Source of the DNA: a virus | Taxonomy: Duplodnaviria; Caudoviricetes | IMG/VR virus record: IMGVR_UViG_3300049197_000009 | Location: 1-60,177 of that record | Length of the DNA stretch: 60,177 nucleotides | Reading direction: 5' to 3' (one strand) | In this document: in pieces, positions 9,551 through 19,589 of the stretch | How the letters are laid out: each line of letters opens with the position of its first letter | Numbering within the stretch: the stretch's first letter is position 1 | Program-made: the position numbers and the translations under genes | The notes under the pieces: model-generated | The model's input: the letters and a program-made list of their open reading frames with translations, nothing else | Databases searched by the model: none | Told to the model about the DNA's origin: nothing

Positions 9551-10396
9551 ATGGCTAAAGTTAATTCTACAGCAGAAAAATATTACGGCGTTATCTACTG
9601 CATTGCGCACGTAGCGAGTGGCCGGGTCTACATCGGGCAGACTACTCGGACGGTCGAACTCCGATGGCGTCAACATCAATACTATGCCGCGACGACGCGT
9701 GTTTTCGGTTCCGCCATCCTTGAGTATGGCGCGGCGGCATTTCAGGTATCTCTGATCGCCACCGCCGAATGCAAGGCAGAGCTAGACAGGCTAGAGATTC
9801 AATTCATTAAAGAATATGACTCCGCCAATCGAGTAAATGGTTTCAACTGCGCCCTTGGTGGCGGGTCGGGCAAGCACTCCGACGAAACAAAGAAGCACAT
9901 ATCAAAAATTAAAATGGGACACCCGGTAAGTGCGGAGGCTAGACAGAAAATTTCGCTTTCGCAAATTGGCAGGACTGCGAAAGATTCAACGAAAGCGCTG
10001 CTGTCCGCAGCCAGGCTAGGCCGGAAGTTTTCACCTGAAACATGCCAGAGAATGGCCGCCGCCCAAATCGGTAAGAAACACACAGAGGAAGCCAGGAAGA
10101 AGCAATCAGAGGCCAGGAAGAAGACGTGGGAAGATCCTGCCTTGCGCGAAAAGGTCTACGCGGCTCAGATTGCTGGAAAAGCTAACCCGGAATACCGCGC
10201 TGCCGCCGCTGAAAAATCGCGGGCAATTTGGTCCGATCCTGATAAGCGTGCGGCAATGCTGAAAGCGCTTGAGGTGACACGGGAAGCTGGGAACGCAGTA
10301 AGAAAGGCTGTATGGGCCGATCCAATCAAGAAAGCCGCAAGGTTAGAAAAGATCGCCGCGACACGCGCATCAAAGAGAAGTTTAATAACTAGCTAG
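9551..10396 (+). mobile_element. Free-standing GIY-YIG homing endonuclease with NUMOD3-like repeats
   Basis: GVIY...VYIGQT..RW..H; repeated H(S/T)xE(T/A)RxKxS units; atypical codon usage. Confidence 0.9.
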
Positions 10397-10417
10397 TACC
10401 GCCATCGCGCGGAGCTA

Positions 10418-10546
10418 AAGCCAGTCCTGAGAAATCACGGCTGGCCTTTTTTCGTCCCTCACTTAATTTCGTTGTCCTGCCTCGCTTCTGCGGGGCTTTT
10501 GCGCTTGTGCGCAACCCGCTTGGTCGCACCTCGTCGGGTCTTTTTC
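10418..10546 (+). terminator. Two to three intrinsic terminator-like hairpins
   Basis: GCCAGTC/GGCTGGC followed by T-run; further GC hairpins with T-runs. Confidence 0.55.
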
Positions 10547-10567
10547 ACCAACTAGAAAGACAATATC

Positions 10568-10882
10568 ATGGCAAAGAAACTATCACTCAATATCGCCCCG
10601 ACTTTCAAGGGCATGGTCGCAATCCCGGTCCCTGGCGACAAAGCCGCAGACGTTGAATTCACCTTCAAGCACCGCGAGCGTCCGGACTTCAAAGAGTTCA
10701 TGGAAAACCTGCCTGGCCGCGACGATCTCGACGTGATCCTCGATGTCGTCAGCGCATGGGACTTGGACGACCCGTTCGACAAGGATGCGGTCGATAAGCT
10801 GCTCAAGCGCTACATGGGCTCGGCCCGCGCCATCCTGAATCACTACATCGAAGAATCAGCCGGGGTCCGAGTAAAAAACTAA
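10568..10882 (+). CDS. Tail assembly chaperone (gpG-like)
   Basis: PTFK..V.IPVPG..VEFTFK; between tail tube and tape measure genes. Confidence 0.9.
   Translation: MAKKLSLNIAPTFKGMVAIPVPGDKAADVEFTFKHRERPDFKEFMENLPGRDDLDVILDVVSAWDLDDPFDKDAVDKLLKRYMGSARAILNHYIEESAGVRVKN
10873..10879 (+). other. -1 ribosomal frameshift site A-AAA-AAC giving G-T fusion
   Basis: Heptamer directly before TAA; -1 frame (CTA AGG CAG...) is open into the ORF at 10900. Confidence 0.85.
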
Positions 10883-11196
10883 GGCAGCTTGCACAGTCCA
10901 TGTATCAGTCGCTTCCCTCTGCGGAGGAGGCGGCTGCGGCGGGCTTCACACCCGAGGACTATGCAAGCGAGCCGGTAGATGTGTTCGCGGAGAACGCGAC
11001 GCCCTACGCGCTGTTCTGCTACATGCAGACACAGTGGACTTACTCGATGGCCGGCGCGATGGGCCTGAAATACGAAGTGATGCATCACAAGATGGATCGC
11101 ATGAAATTATCCGCCGAGGACTATGAAGACCTCGAAGCAGATATCAGGGTGATGGAGTTCGCCGCCCTTGAAGAAATGCACCGGAAGAAGACTTAA
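10879..11196 (+). CDS. Tail assembly chaperone gpT part (DUF1799-like)
   Basis: F..MQTQW...GL.Y and IRVME.AAL motifs. Confidence 0.85.
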   Translation, partial: LRQLAQSMYQSLPSAEEAAAAGFTPEDYASEPVDVFAENATPYALFCYMQTQWTYSMAGAMGLKYEVMHHKMDRMKLSAEDYEDLEADIRVMEFAALEEMHRKKT

Positions 11197-11198
11197 CT

Positions 11199-11219
11199 AA
11201 ACCCGCTTCGGCGGGTTTT
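11199..11219 (+). terminator. Intrinsic terminator
   Basis: AAACCCGC-TTCG-GCGGGTTTT. Confidence 0.7.
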
Positions 11220-11234
11220 CTATTGGGCTTGCCA

Positions 11235-14200
11235 ATGTCAGAAATTACCAACAGCGCGACGATCAAAGTCAGGGTCGATGGGAGTGAGGTCGAATCAGGC
11301 CTTGCTAAAATCGATGCTGCCGCCGCCAAGACTGGCAAGACAATCGGCGGACTTGGCGGAACCGATTCGTTTAAGCCACTTGGCGAGGGCGCTGAGAAGG
11401 CATCGAAGTCGGTTGAGATTGCAAGCCGAAACCTCATCGGCTCGATTCAGCGGCAGCAAGCCGCCCTTGAAGCTGGCGGTCGCTCGACTGCGGCGTATTA
11501 CGAAACCCTGGCAAAGAGCAAGGGCATCCCTGTTGCCGACATCGCGCCGTATTTGGCGAGCCTTAAGGCTGTCGAAGCCGCGCAGAAGGCCGCAACCGCC
11601 TCCGTTGGTGCGGGCGTGCCAGTCGTCCAAAAACTTGGCGTGTCGGCAGCGCAAACCGCAGCCGCCCTCCGTGGCGTGCCAGCGCAATTCACCGATATCA
11701 TCACCAGCCTTCAGGGCGGGCAAGCCCCGCTGACGGTCTTCCTGCAACAGGGCGGCCAGCTCAAGGATATGTTCGGCGGCGCAGGTAACGCCGCAAAGGC
11801 GCTTAGCGGATACGTCCTCGGCCTCATCAATCCATTCACGGTCGGCGCTGCCGCTGTTGGAGTGCTGGCGTACGCCTATAGTCAGGGCGCAGCGGAAGCG
11901 AAAGAGTTCAACAAACAGATCATCCTGACGAACAACGCTGCTGGTGCCACCGCAAGCAGCGCGGCATCGTCGGCCCGTGCAATCGCGCAGATCACCGGCA
12001 CCCAAGGCGCAGCCGCCGAGGCTGTCGCAGCCCTTCTTGCAACTGGACGTGTCGCGGCTAGCGATATGACTCGCTTCGGGGAAGTCGCAATCCGAATTCA
12101 GCGCGAGCTTGGGATTGAGGTAGCCGATACCGCGAAGCAGTTTGCCAATTTGCGCAACGATCCAGTCAAAGCGCTCAAAGAGCTCAACGATAGCTATCAC
12201 TTCGTAACCGCATCAACTTACGAGCAAATTAAAGCGCTTCATGATCAAGGTCGCGAAACCGAGGCTGGCATTGCGGCGCAACAGGCATATGCGAGCGCCT
12301 TTGATGATGTAACAAAACGCCTTGAGGCCAATGTCGGGAAGGTTGAAAAGGCTTGGCGCGGCGCTAAGGACTCGGCTAAAAGCGCATGGGATTCATTCCT
12401 CGACATTGGACGGGGTGACACCGAGTCCGGCAAGTTGAGTCTGCTATCGCAGCGCATCGCCAATAGGCAAGGAATGCTGAGCGACAGGCGTGCTCGTACA
12501 GGCGTCCAAGACGATGACGTAACGCGAACAGCGGAATCGGAACTGGCGGCAATGCGCCGAGAGCAGGAGTTGTTGCAGGCGAACGTGCGCGAGCAAAACC
12601 GTGCCAATGACGCCAAGGCCGCATCCGTTCAACTCGAAGCCGACAAAATCCGATGGATGGACCTTGGCGACCAGTATCTAAACAAAGAAGCAAAGATGCG
12701 CAAGGAGATTCTGGCCGCTCAGAATCTCGGGAAAACCGCGCATATCGATCAACTGGAAGTTGAAAAGCGCATTGCGGCAATCCGTGAGAAGTACACCACG
12801 AAAGCCCCCAAGCCGAAAAAGACTACCGACGAGTTCGCCCACTTGATGAATAAGATCAACGGCAAAGACCTTGGCGTTGATGCAGATTTCGAGAAGAACG
12901 TCGGCACCCTATCGTCAGCATATGCGTCTGGGCGAATTGGGCTTGAGTCGTACATGAGGTCGCTGGGCAACTACATCTCCCAGCAAAAATTTGCAATCGA
13001 TGGGGAAAAGGAGCGTCAAAAATCAATCGAAAATGTTCAAAAGGCCATCGCAGAGCGCGATTCCGAGGCTGCAACCTACCTTGCAAATCTGGACAAGGAA
13101 GTGCTCAGCAATGAGCGCCTGGTTCAATTGTTCGACAAGTCCAAACAGGCCATTGAACTTGAGACCATCGCGCGCCTTGAGAACGACCTAGCGAACCGTC
13201 AAGCGAACGAATACGACGAGAAAAAGGTCGCATCGCTTGAGCGTGAGATTGCCGCCCGCAAAGCTAATGCTGCGGCGCTTGGCGGCATCGACGCCAAAGA
13301 AGCGCTCAAGAAGGCTAGCGATGACTTGGATAAGTTCCTTGATCCAGCAAAGGCACAAAGCTTTGGCGATGCCTTGCGTGGCGCGTTCGGCAAGGCTGGC
13401 GACTCCTTAGTCAAGTTGACCTCGACTCTGCAATCCTACGGCATCAAGCAGGCCGAGATAGAGAAGCAGCGCGCGAACGCGGAGAAACTGCGGACTGCTG
13501 GCGGCAGCGAGGTGGAGTACCGCGAGCGCCTGGCGAAGCTTTCCAAGATGGATGTGCAAAATCGGCTTGCTGGTTATGGCGATATGACCGCCGCTGCCGC
13601 TGGTTTCTTCGATGAGCAAAGCCGTGGCTACAAAGCACTTCAGGCGGCATCACAAGTCTTTCACGCTGCCGAATTGGCGATGACGCTGGCAGAGTTGATC
13701 CCGAAAGGCATCAGTGCGGTTTTGACTCAAGGCAAAGGCGATCCATATTCTGCGTTCGCCCGCATGGCCGCTATGGCCGCCATCGTTACCGGCCTTGGCG
13801 TTGCTATTGGTGGCGTCGGCTCTGGGCCGGGGAAATCGGCTGCCGACGCGCAAAAGGCTCAAGGCACCGGAACCGTCCTTGGCGACATTGGCACAAAAAA
13901 CGTTGACGGCACTACCAGCTATAGCATTAAGTCCGACTCCATCATCAGGTCGCTCGCAGCACTTGAGAAAAACACGTACCAAAATCTAGACTATAGCGCT
14001 GGCATGCTATCTGCTCTGCGCAATATTGAATCGTCAATGGCCGGGCTTGGCAATCTTATTTCCCGCACGGACGGCCTAACCGAAGGCACTGGTTTCGGCA
14101 TCCTTACCGGACAAATATCTGGTAAGGGCGCGGCAACTGATGTCATCTCGAAGGTGATGACCGAGGTTACCAAGGGCCTGTTTGGCCCCGGTCTTGGCGA

Positions 14201-16472
14201 TAAAATCGCAGGCGCCATCAATAACCTCTGGGGCAAGACGACTCAATCAATCGTCGACTCTGGCATCAGCTTCGGCGGCTCACTCAACGCACTTCAGGCC
14301 GGTCAAGGTTTTAACCAGTACGCCAGCGTCGATACGACAAAATCGAGCTTCTTCGGCCTTGCGAAGAAGGTAACGAACAATGTGCAAACCCAAGGCCTCA
14401 GCACCGAACTGGCGAACCAGTTCGCTCTGATTTTTACCAACCTCGAAGAATCGCTCAAGCAGGCCGCTATTGGTATGGGTGTCGGCGCTGATTACGTGGC
14501 CAGCGCACTTGACAAGCTTGTCATTGATGTTTCAACACTGTCGCTCAAAGGCCTGAAAGGCGATGAGCTTACATCTGCATTGAATGCGGTTGTATCGAAG
14601 GCGCTCGACCAGATCAGCGCCGCCGCCTTCCCGGCGTTCCAGCAATTCCAAAAGGTGGGCGAGGGTTACGCTGAAACTGTACTTCGAATCGCCAACGATT
14701 TCGTCGCCATTGATACAGTGTTCGCATCGTTCGGCAAGACCTTCGGTCAAATCGGCTTGGAATCGGTTTCTGCCCGCGAGCGCCTAATCGAGATGGCCGG
14801 CGGCTTGGACAAATTTACTTCGCAGGGCGAATACTTCCTGACGAACTTCTTCACGGATGCCGAGCAGGCGGCTAAGCTGCGCGCCCGCATCGATCCTACG
14901 TTGTCGCAGTTCGGGCTGAGCACCGAAGGCGAGGGCGCTAGCAAGGCCTTCCGCGATGTCGTTGTCGGCCTCGATACCACGACCGAGGCAGGGGCAAGGG
15001 CTTACTCCTCATTGATGGCGATTGCCCCAGCCTTCAACGCTGTGATCAAGGCCGCCCAAGGCGCAGCCGATGAGCGCCGTGGATTGCAAGAGCAACTGGA
15101 CGCACTCACGCTCACCTCGACGCAGCGCCTTGAGCAGCAACGCAATGCCCTGCACGAGAGCAATCGCGCGCTGTTCGATAACATCCAGGCGATCAACGCT
15201 ACCGCTGCTGCAATCTCGTCCATCAAGGAGGCTGCTGGAACCTTGCTGGGTGGTGTGGACAATGCCCTTTCGGTGGTGCAGACGAGCGTTAATGCGGAGA
15301 AGGACGCCGAGAACAAGGCTAGGACGCTTCGCCTCAAGGCCGTTCAAGATGTGATCGACGTTGAAACGGCGGCGCTGCAAAAGTACAAGACGCTTTCGGA
15401 CGCCCTGCGATCCTCTCTCGATCAGATTTCAGTGCCAGGCAATGCCAGAGGCGACCGCGCCGCCGCACAGGCGCAGATTCAGACTGCACTGGCGATTGCT
15501 CGCGCTGGCGGCGGTCTGCCGACAACCGAAGGCCTTCGCGGCGCGTTGTCTACGCTTTCGCGCGATTCTTCAAGCCTGTTCTCCAATCTGGTTGACTTCC
15601 AGATCGATGCCGCCCGCACGCGCACCGCCTTGGGTGATCTTGCCGACCTCACCGATGGCCAGATCAGTATTGAGGAGCAAACGCTAAGGACGCTGAACGC
15701 ACAAAAAGACGCTATCGATAGGGCTAGCAACGCCGAAATTGAGCGTCTCAGCGCAATCTATTCCGAAGCGCAGAAGCAGGTTAATTTCCTCAAGGGGATT
15801 GACGCCAATACAAAGTCGGTTGCAGAGGCGATGATTGGCTTGGCTGATGCGATTAAAGCGGCGCAGGCAAACCCTGTTGTGACAGGGACGCCAGCCATTT
15901 CGCAAGCGTACAAGGATTATCTTGGCCGCGCTCCTGATGCCACCGGGCTCGAGTTTTTCACGAATCAGGCAGCAGGCGGCGTTCCAATCGCCGACATCGT
16001 AAGCCAGATCGCGAATAGCGCAGAGGCTAAGGCTCAAAGCCTGTTCCAAGACGTGCTTGGTCGTGCCGGTGATGCTGCTGGTGTTCAGTATTGGACGCAG
16101 GCGTTGGCTAGCGGGATGTCGCTGGAAACGGCTCGCATGCTGTTTATGCAGAGCGACGAGTACAAGAAGCTTCACCCGCTTAGCTCTGGCACCAACAGTG
16201 TCCCAAGGGACCGCATTGCCCTCATTCACGAGGGTGAGCGCGTCATCCCTCCAGCCGATAACCGCGAGCTGATGTTGAGGCTTCGCAATCCAAGCGGAAA
16301 CAACGAGGCACTTGTATCTGAGATTCGCGCGTTGCGTGCGGAGCTCGCCGCGTCTAATTCATCCAGGGGGGCCGAGGGAGTAGCTATCGCACAGAACACT
16401 CGTAAAACGCTAGCCGTTCTTGAGCGACTCATGCCGGATGGCGATGCACTGCAAACGAGGGCTATTGCATGA
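11235..16472 (+). CDS. Tape measure protein (lambda-type) with C-terminal DUF4214-like repeats
   Basis: PAQFTDI.TSL.GGQ.PLTV.LQQGGQLKDMFGG; long Ala-rich helical body; LGRAPDA.G..FW-type repeats. Confidence 0.95.
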   Translation: MSEITNSATIKVRVDGSEVESGLAKIDAAAAKTGKTIGGLGGTDSFKPLGEGAEKASKSVEIASRNLIGSIQRQQAALEAGGRSTAAYYETLAKSKGIPVADIAPYLASLKAVEAAQKAATASVGAGVPVVQKLGVSAAQTAAALRGVPAQFTDIITSLQGGQAPLTVFLQQGGQLKDMFGGAGNAAKALSGYVLGLINPFTVGAAAVGVLAYAYSQGAAEAKEFNKQIILTNNAAGATASSAASSARAIAQITGTQGAAAEAVAALLATGRVAASDMTRFGEVAIRIQRELGIEVADTAKQFANLRNDPVKALKELNDSYHFVTASTYEQIKALHDQGRETEAGIAAQQAYASAFDDVTKRLEANVGKVEKAWRGAKDSAKSAWDSFLDIGRGDTESGKLSLLSQRIANRQGMLSDRRARTGVQDDDVTRTAESELAAMRREQELLQANVREQNRANDAKAASVQLEADKIRWMDLGDQYLNKEAKMRKEILAAQNLGKTAHIDQLEVEKRIAAIREKYTTKAPKPKKTTDEFAHLMNKINGKDLGVDADFEKNVGTLSSAYASGRIGLESYMRSLGNYISQQKFAIDGEKERQKSIENVQKAIAERDSEAATYLANLDKEVLSNERLVQLFDKSKQAIELETIARLENDLANRQANEYDEKKVASLEREIAARKANAAALGGIDAKEALKKASDDLDKFLDPAKAQSFGDALRGAFGKAGDSLVKLTSTLQSYGIKQAEIEKQRANAEKLRTAGGSEVEYRERLAKLSKMDVQNRLAGYGDMTAAAAGFFDEQSRGYKALQAASQVFHAAELAMTLAELIPKGISAVLTQGKGDPYSAFARMAAMAAIVTGLGVAIGGVGSGPGKSAADAQKAQGTGTVLGDIGTKNVDGTTSYSIKSDSIIRSLAALEKNTYQNLDYSAGMLSALRNIESSMAGLGNLISRTDGLTEGTGFGILTGQISGKGAATDVISKVMTEVTKGLFGPGLGDKIAGAINNLWGKTTQSIVDSGISFGGSLNALQAGQGFNQYASVDTTKSSFFGLAKKVTNNVQTQGLSTELANQFALIFTNLEESLKQAAIGMGVGADYVASALDKLVIDVSTLSLKGLKGDELTSALNAVVSKALDQISAAAFPAFQQFQKVGEGYAETVLRIANDFVAIDTVFASFGKTFGQIGLESVSARERLIEMAGGLDKFTSQGEYFLTNFFTDAEQAAKLRARIDPTLSQFGLSTEGEGASKAFRDVVVGLDTTTEAGARAYSSLMAIAPAFNAVIKAAQGAADERRGLQEQLDALTLTSTQRLEQQRNALHESNRALFDNIQAINATAAAISSIKEAAGTLLGGVDNALSVVQTSVNAEKDAENKARTLRLKAVQDVIDVETAALQKYKTLSDALRSSLDQISVPGNARGDRAAAQAQIQTALAIARAGGGLPTTEGLRGALSTLSRDSSSLFSNLVDFQIDAARTRTALGDLADLTDGQISIEEQTLRTLNAQKDAIDRASNAEIERLSAIYSEAQKQVNFLKGIDANTKSVAEAMIGLADAIKAAQANPVVTGTPAISQAYKDYLGRAPDATGLEFFTNQAAGGVPIADIVSQIANSAEAKAQSLFQDVLGRAGDAAGVQYWTQALASGMSLETARMLFMQSDEYKKLHPLSSGTNSVPRDRIALIHEGERVIPPADNRELMLRLRNPSGNNEALVSEIRALRAELAASNSSRGAEGVAIAQNTRKTLAVLERLMPDGDALQTRAIA

Positions 16473-17368
16473 AGATTATCCAGCCCACAACCCTAACGAC
16501 GGCAATGCTGGTCAGTAGCACCGTCCCGGAAGCCGACTATCCGGCGTGGTCTGCCGGTACGGCGTATTCGGTCGCAGATAAGGTGATTCGCACTAGCACC
16601 CACCGCATCTATCAACGACTGGTTGCTGGGACTACCGCCACAGCACCGGAAAGCGATGCGGTCAACTGGCTTGACATCGCCCCGACGAATCGATGGGCCA
16701 AGTACGACGACAAGGTGGGTACGGTCACGACCGCAGCCACCACCATGACGGACGTGCTGACTGCTGGCAGCGTGGGCGGCATCGCCCTCTTTGAGCTTGT
16801 CGGGCGTACTGGTGTGGTCTCGATGAAAGATGCGCCGGGCGGCACGACGGTCTACAGCCGCACGCTCGATCTGGACGGCACGATTGTGCTGGACGTGTTC
16901 GACTGGTTCTTTGCCGACTACGAGCAATTGTCGGACATCGTTTTGACCGACCTCCCGGCGCAGTTCACTAGCGCGGAGCTCACGGTAACGATTACCGCGA
17001 CTAGTGGAAACGTGTCGTGCGGCGTGTGTAAGCCCGGCCTGGTAATAGACATTGGAAACACGCTCGCAGGCGCCAAGGTCGGCATCATCAACTATGACGG
17101 CAAAGACACCGATGTATTCGGAAATGTCTACATCGTGTCGCGCACTTTCAGCAAGCGCGGGTCGTTCGATGTCGTCACGCAGAAGGCGAGCTTCAACAGA
17201 ATTTTCCGCCGCCTCGCCGCGCTCCGTGGAACGCCGTGCATCTACGTCGGAACCGAGTCCGCAGGCATGGAGCCGCTGCTGATTTACGGATTCTTCCGAG
17301 ACTTCAGTATCGATGTTGCCTACTTCTCCCATCACCACTGCTCCCTTGAAATCGAAGGACTTATCTAA
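16469..17368 (+). CDS. Tail tip/distal tail-like protein with N-terminal CBM5/12-like motif
   Basis: Directly after tape measure; YPAWSAGTAYSVADKV...IYQ; IYGF.RDFSI. Confidence 0.6.
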   Translation: MKIIQPTTLTTAMLVSSTVPEADYPAWSAGTAYSVADKVIRTSTHRIYQRLVAGTTATAPESDAVNWLDIAPTNRWAKYDDKVGTVTTAATTMTDVLTAGSVGGIALFELVGRTGVVSMKDAPGGTTVYSRTLDLDGTIVLDVFDWFFADYEQLSDIVLTDLPAQFTSAELTVTITATSGNVSCGVCKPGLVIDIGNTLAGAKVGIINYDGKDTDVFGNVYIVSRTFSKRGSFDVVTQKASFNRIFRRLAALRGTPCIYVGTESAGMEPLLIYGFFRDFSIDVAYFSHHHCSLEIEGLI

Positions 17369-18219
17369 TGTCGCTTACACCACTTCCGCCACTTGATCGG
17401 ACCTCGGTCGGTTTTCGAGCCTCGCTTGACAATTTCTTCCTAGTTCTACTGCCAGCATTTTGCACTGAGTTTAACTCGGCGCTCGCGAGCATCATTACTT
17501 ACGTGGCCACATGCACCACAAAGGCTGCGGATGCATCGGCCAGTCAGGCTGCAGCCGCCATCAGCGAGGCCAATGCGGCCGGTTCAGCCTCCGCAGCAGC
17601 AGCGGGTGCTGGCGTTGCTCTTTGGGTTTCCGGGACTAGCTATACGGCCTACTCTAGTGTCGTCGTTTCGCCACTAGACCATCGAAGCTATCGCCGCATC
17701 ATTTCCGGTGCCGGGACTACAGACCCAAGCGTCGATACAACGAATTGGATACTCATTTCTTGGGGCGTATTCCCAGCGATAAAGGTCAGCGACCACAAGG
17801 CAAACAATACGGCGGGCGACTCCTTAACCGCGACGGACCTCACTCAAACGCGAGTGCTTAACACCGTCGACTACAACACAATCTCCGGGGCTTCGCTCGC
17901 GTCCAATGAGATAACGTTGCCAGCCGGGACGTACGATGTCTATGGTCGCGTGCCTTTTTGGTCCGCTGATTGGGCAAAAGTTTTCTTGTACAACACAGCT
18001 GACGCGGCCTATGTGATAGATGGCGGGAATAGCCGAGCAACCGGCGCTAGCTCGGCAGCGGCGGATTCCTTTATTACCGGTCGCTTCACCATCACAACTT
18101 CAAAGACTTTCAAAATCCGGTACTACGTCGCGACTGGTGGTGGCTCGCGCGGCGGGTACCAAATCAACTGCGGGCGGGATGAAATTTACACCGAAATTAC
18201 TTTCACCAAGGTGGCCTAG
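17368..18219 (+). CDS. Putative tail fibre/receptor-binding protein
   Basis: Ala-rich linker, WVSGTSY CBM-like motif, C-terminal beta domain (ITLPAGTY). Confidence 0.65.
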   Translation: MSLTPLPPLDRTSVGFRASLDNFFLVLLPAFCTEFNSALASIITYVATCTTKAADASASQAAAAISEANAAGSASAAAAGAGVALWVSGTSYTAYSSVVVSPLDHRSYRRIISGAGTTDPSVDTTNWILISWGVFPAIKVSDHKANNTAGDSLTATDLTQTRVLNTVDYNTISGASLASNEITLPAGTYDVYGRVPFWSADWAKVFLYNTADAAYVIDGGNSRATGASSAAADSFITGRFTITTSKTFKIRYYVATGGGSRGGYQINCGRDEIYTEITFTKVA

Positions 18220-18645
18220 ATGCGATACGTAACCTACGATGAGGCAGGCAATCTGACCGGCAGCTACCTGCAAGATGTTCACCCCGACCACCTGAGCCAC
18301 TACATTCCGGTATCGGATGAGATCGGCTTGAACTGGACGGCGTACAAGGCTAATGTCGTGCGCAATGGCGTTGAGCCAGCGCCGCCCGTTGTGCCGCCTG
18401 TTGTTGTTCCTGATGAAGTCACGCGCCGCCGTGGCTTGCAAGCGCTCTTGATTAGTGGCGTGACCGAGGCGATGATCGAGGCTGCAATCGAGGCGGCATT
18501 GACCGGCCTTGAGTGCGAGCTTGCCCTGATCGAGTTCCGCACATCGCAAACGTTCGAGCGCAATCGCCCCCTGGTGCTCGCCATCGGCGGCGCGATGGGC
18601 CTTGACCTGGACGAATTATTCACCCTTGCCGCGAGCCTGCCATGA
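18220..18645 (+). CDS. Putative tail fibre assembly protein
   Basis: VPDEVTRR.G..AL and LDELF.LAA motifs; position. Confidence 0.6.
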   Translation: MRYVTYDEAGNLTGSYLQDVHPDHLSHYIPVSDEIGLNWTAYKANVVRNGVEPAPPVVPPVVVPDEVTRRRGLQALLISGVTEAMIEAAIEAALTGLECELALIEFRTSQTFERNRPLVLAIGGAMGLDLDELFTLAASLP

Positions 18646-19142
18646 GGCCGGGCCGCGTCGTTGTTAGGTTCACGACCAAGGGCCACATCGGCAGCAGGAT
18701 CGCTGCCAAACTTTCGCAGTCGCGCGAGTTCAATCACTGCATGCTGATTGACGGCGACATGGTATCGGAGGCTGTGACGTGGGGTGGAACGCGGTACGTG
18801 AAGACGGACATAGCCATGCGCGGCGTGAAGAAGTTTCAGGACATGGTAGTGATCGTCCCAAACATAGAGGCCATGCGCACATTCCTGCGCGACCAGTACG
18901 GCAAGGGCTATGACTGGCTTGGCGCTATCGGATTGCCGATCCTGCGCTCGGAGGCGTGGCAGGACGATGACCGCTGGTGGTGCAGCGAAATCATTCTCGC
19001 GGCGCTTGGCGCTGGCGGCAATTGGATTCTTGATCCCGCTGAATTGCGAAGGGTGACTCCGAACGATCTGCGGCAAGTGCAGCTTGCGAAACTTCCCTAC
19101 AACCAACCCGCTTCGGCGAGTTTTTTTACGGCCAGCCAATGA
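18642..19142 (+). CDS. Permuted papain-like NlpC/P60 (YiiX/YebB-like) protein
   Basis: His (FNHC) precedes GKGYDW and WWCSE; VTPNDL. Confidence 0.8.
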   Translation: MRPGRVVVRFTTKGHIGSRIAAKLSQSREFNHCMLIDGDMVSEAVTWGGTRYVKTDIAMRGVKKFQDMVVIVPNIEAMRTFLRDQYGKGYDWLGAIGLPILRSEAWQDDDRWWCSEIILAALGAGGNWILDPAELRRVTPNDLRQVQLAKLPYNQPASASFFTASQ

Positions 19143-19384
19143 CCAAAATCGACAGTTCGGAAGCGACCAGCTATGCAGGCGCCTTGGTATCAATCGTCGC
19201 ATCCCTGACGCTGACTGACATCGGCGTGATCATCGGTATCACGACGGCAATCGCCACCTTCTGGCTGAATAAGTCCTACTCGTCGCGCCGCGACCGACGA
19301 GAGCAGGAGGAGCACGACGCGCGCATGCGGCTGCTGAATGCCGGAATCAACCCATATAAGGCGGACCATGAAACTGATCGATGA
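19139..19384 (+). CDS. Holin (HP1-type)
   Basis: SYAGA, TM helix, basic C-terminus; upstream of endolysin. Confidence 0.75.
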   Translation: MTKIDSSEATSYAGALVSIVASLTLTDIGVIIGITTAIATFWLNKSYSSRRDRREQEEHDARMRLLNAGINPYKADHETDR

Positions 19385-19589
19385 TTGGCGCAGGGTGGTC
19401 AAGAAGGCGTGGAGCTCGCGCCTTATCGTGATCGCGTTTGTGCTGACGGCAGTAGAGGTGATTCTGCCATTCTTCAATGAGGATATCCCGCGCGGCCTGT
19501 TTGCGGCGCTGTCGGGCCTTGCCGTCGCTGGCGCGTTTGTAGCCCGCCTGGTGGCGCAGAAAGAGTTCAATGGCGACCGCACGCAATAA
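19368..19589 (+). CDS. Two-TM holin-like/antiholin protein
   Basis: MKLIDDWR...AWS...ARLVAQ; lysis cassette. Confidence 0.7.
   Translation: MKLIDDWRRVVKKAWSSRLIVIAFVLTAVEVILPFFNEDIPRGLFAALSGLAVAGAFVARLVAQKEFNGDRTQ

Noticed and set aside
11295-17338. Long antisense ORFs opposite tail genes (and similar ones genome-wide)
   Set aside because: Expected shadows of GC-rich codon bias; no motifs or ribosome-binding sites
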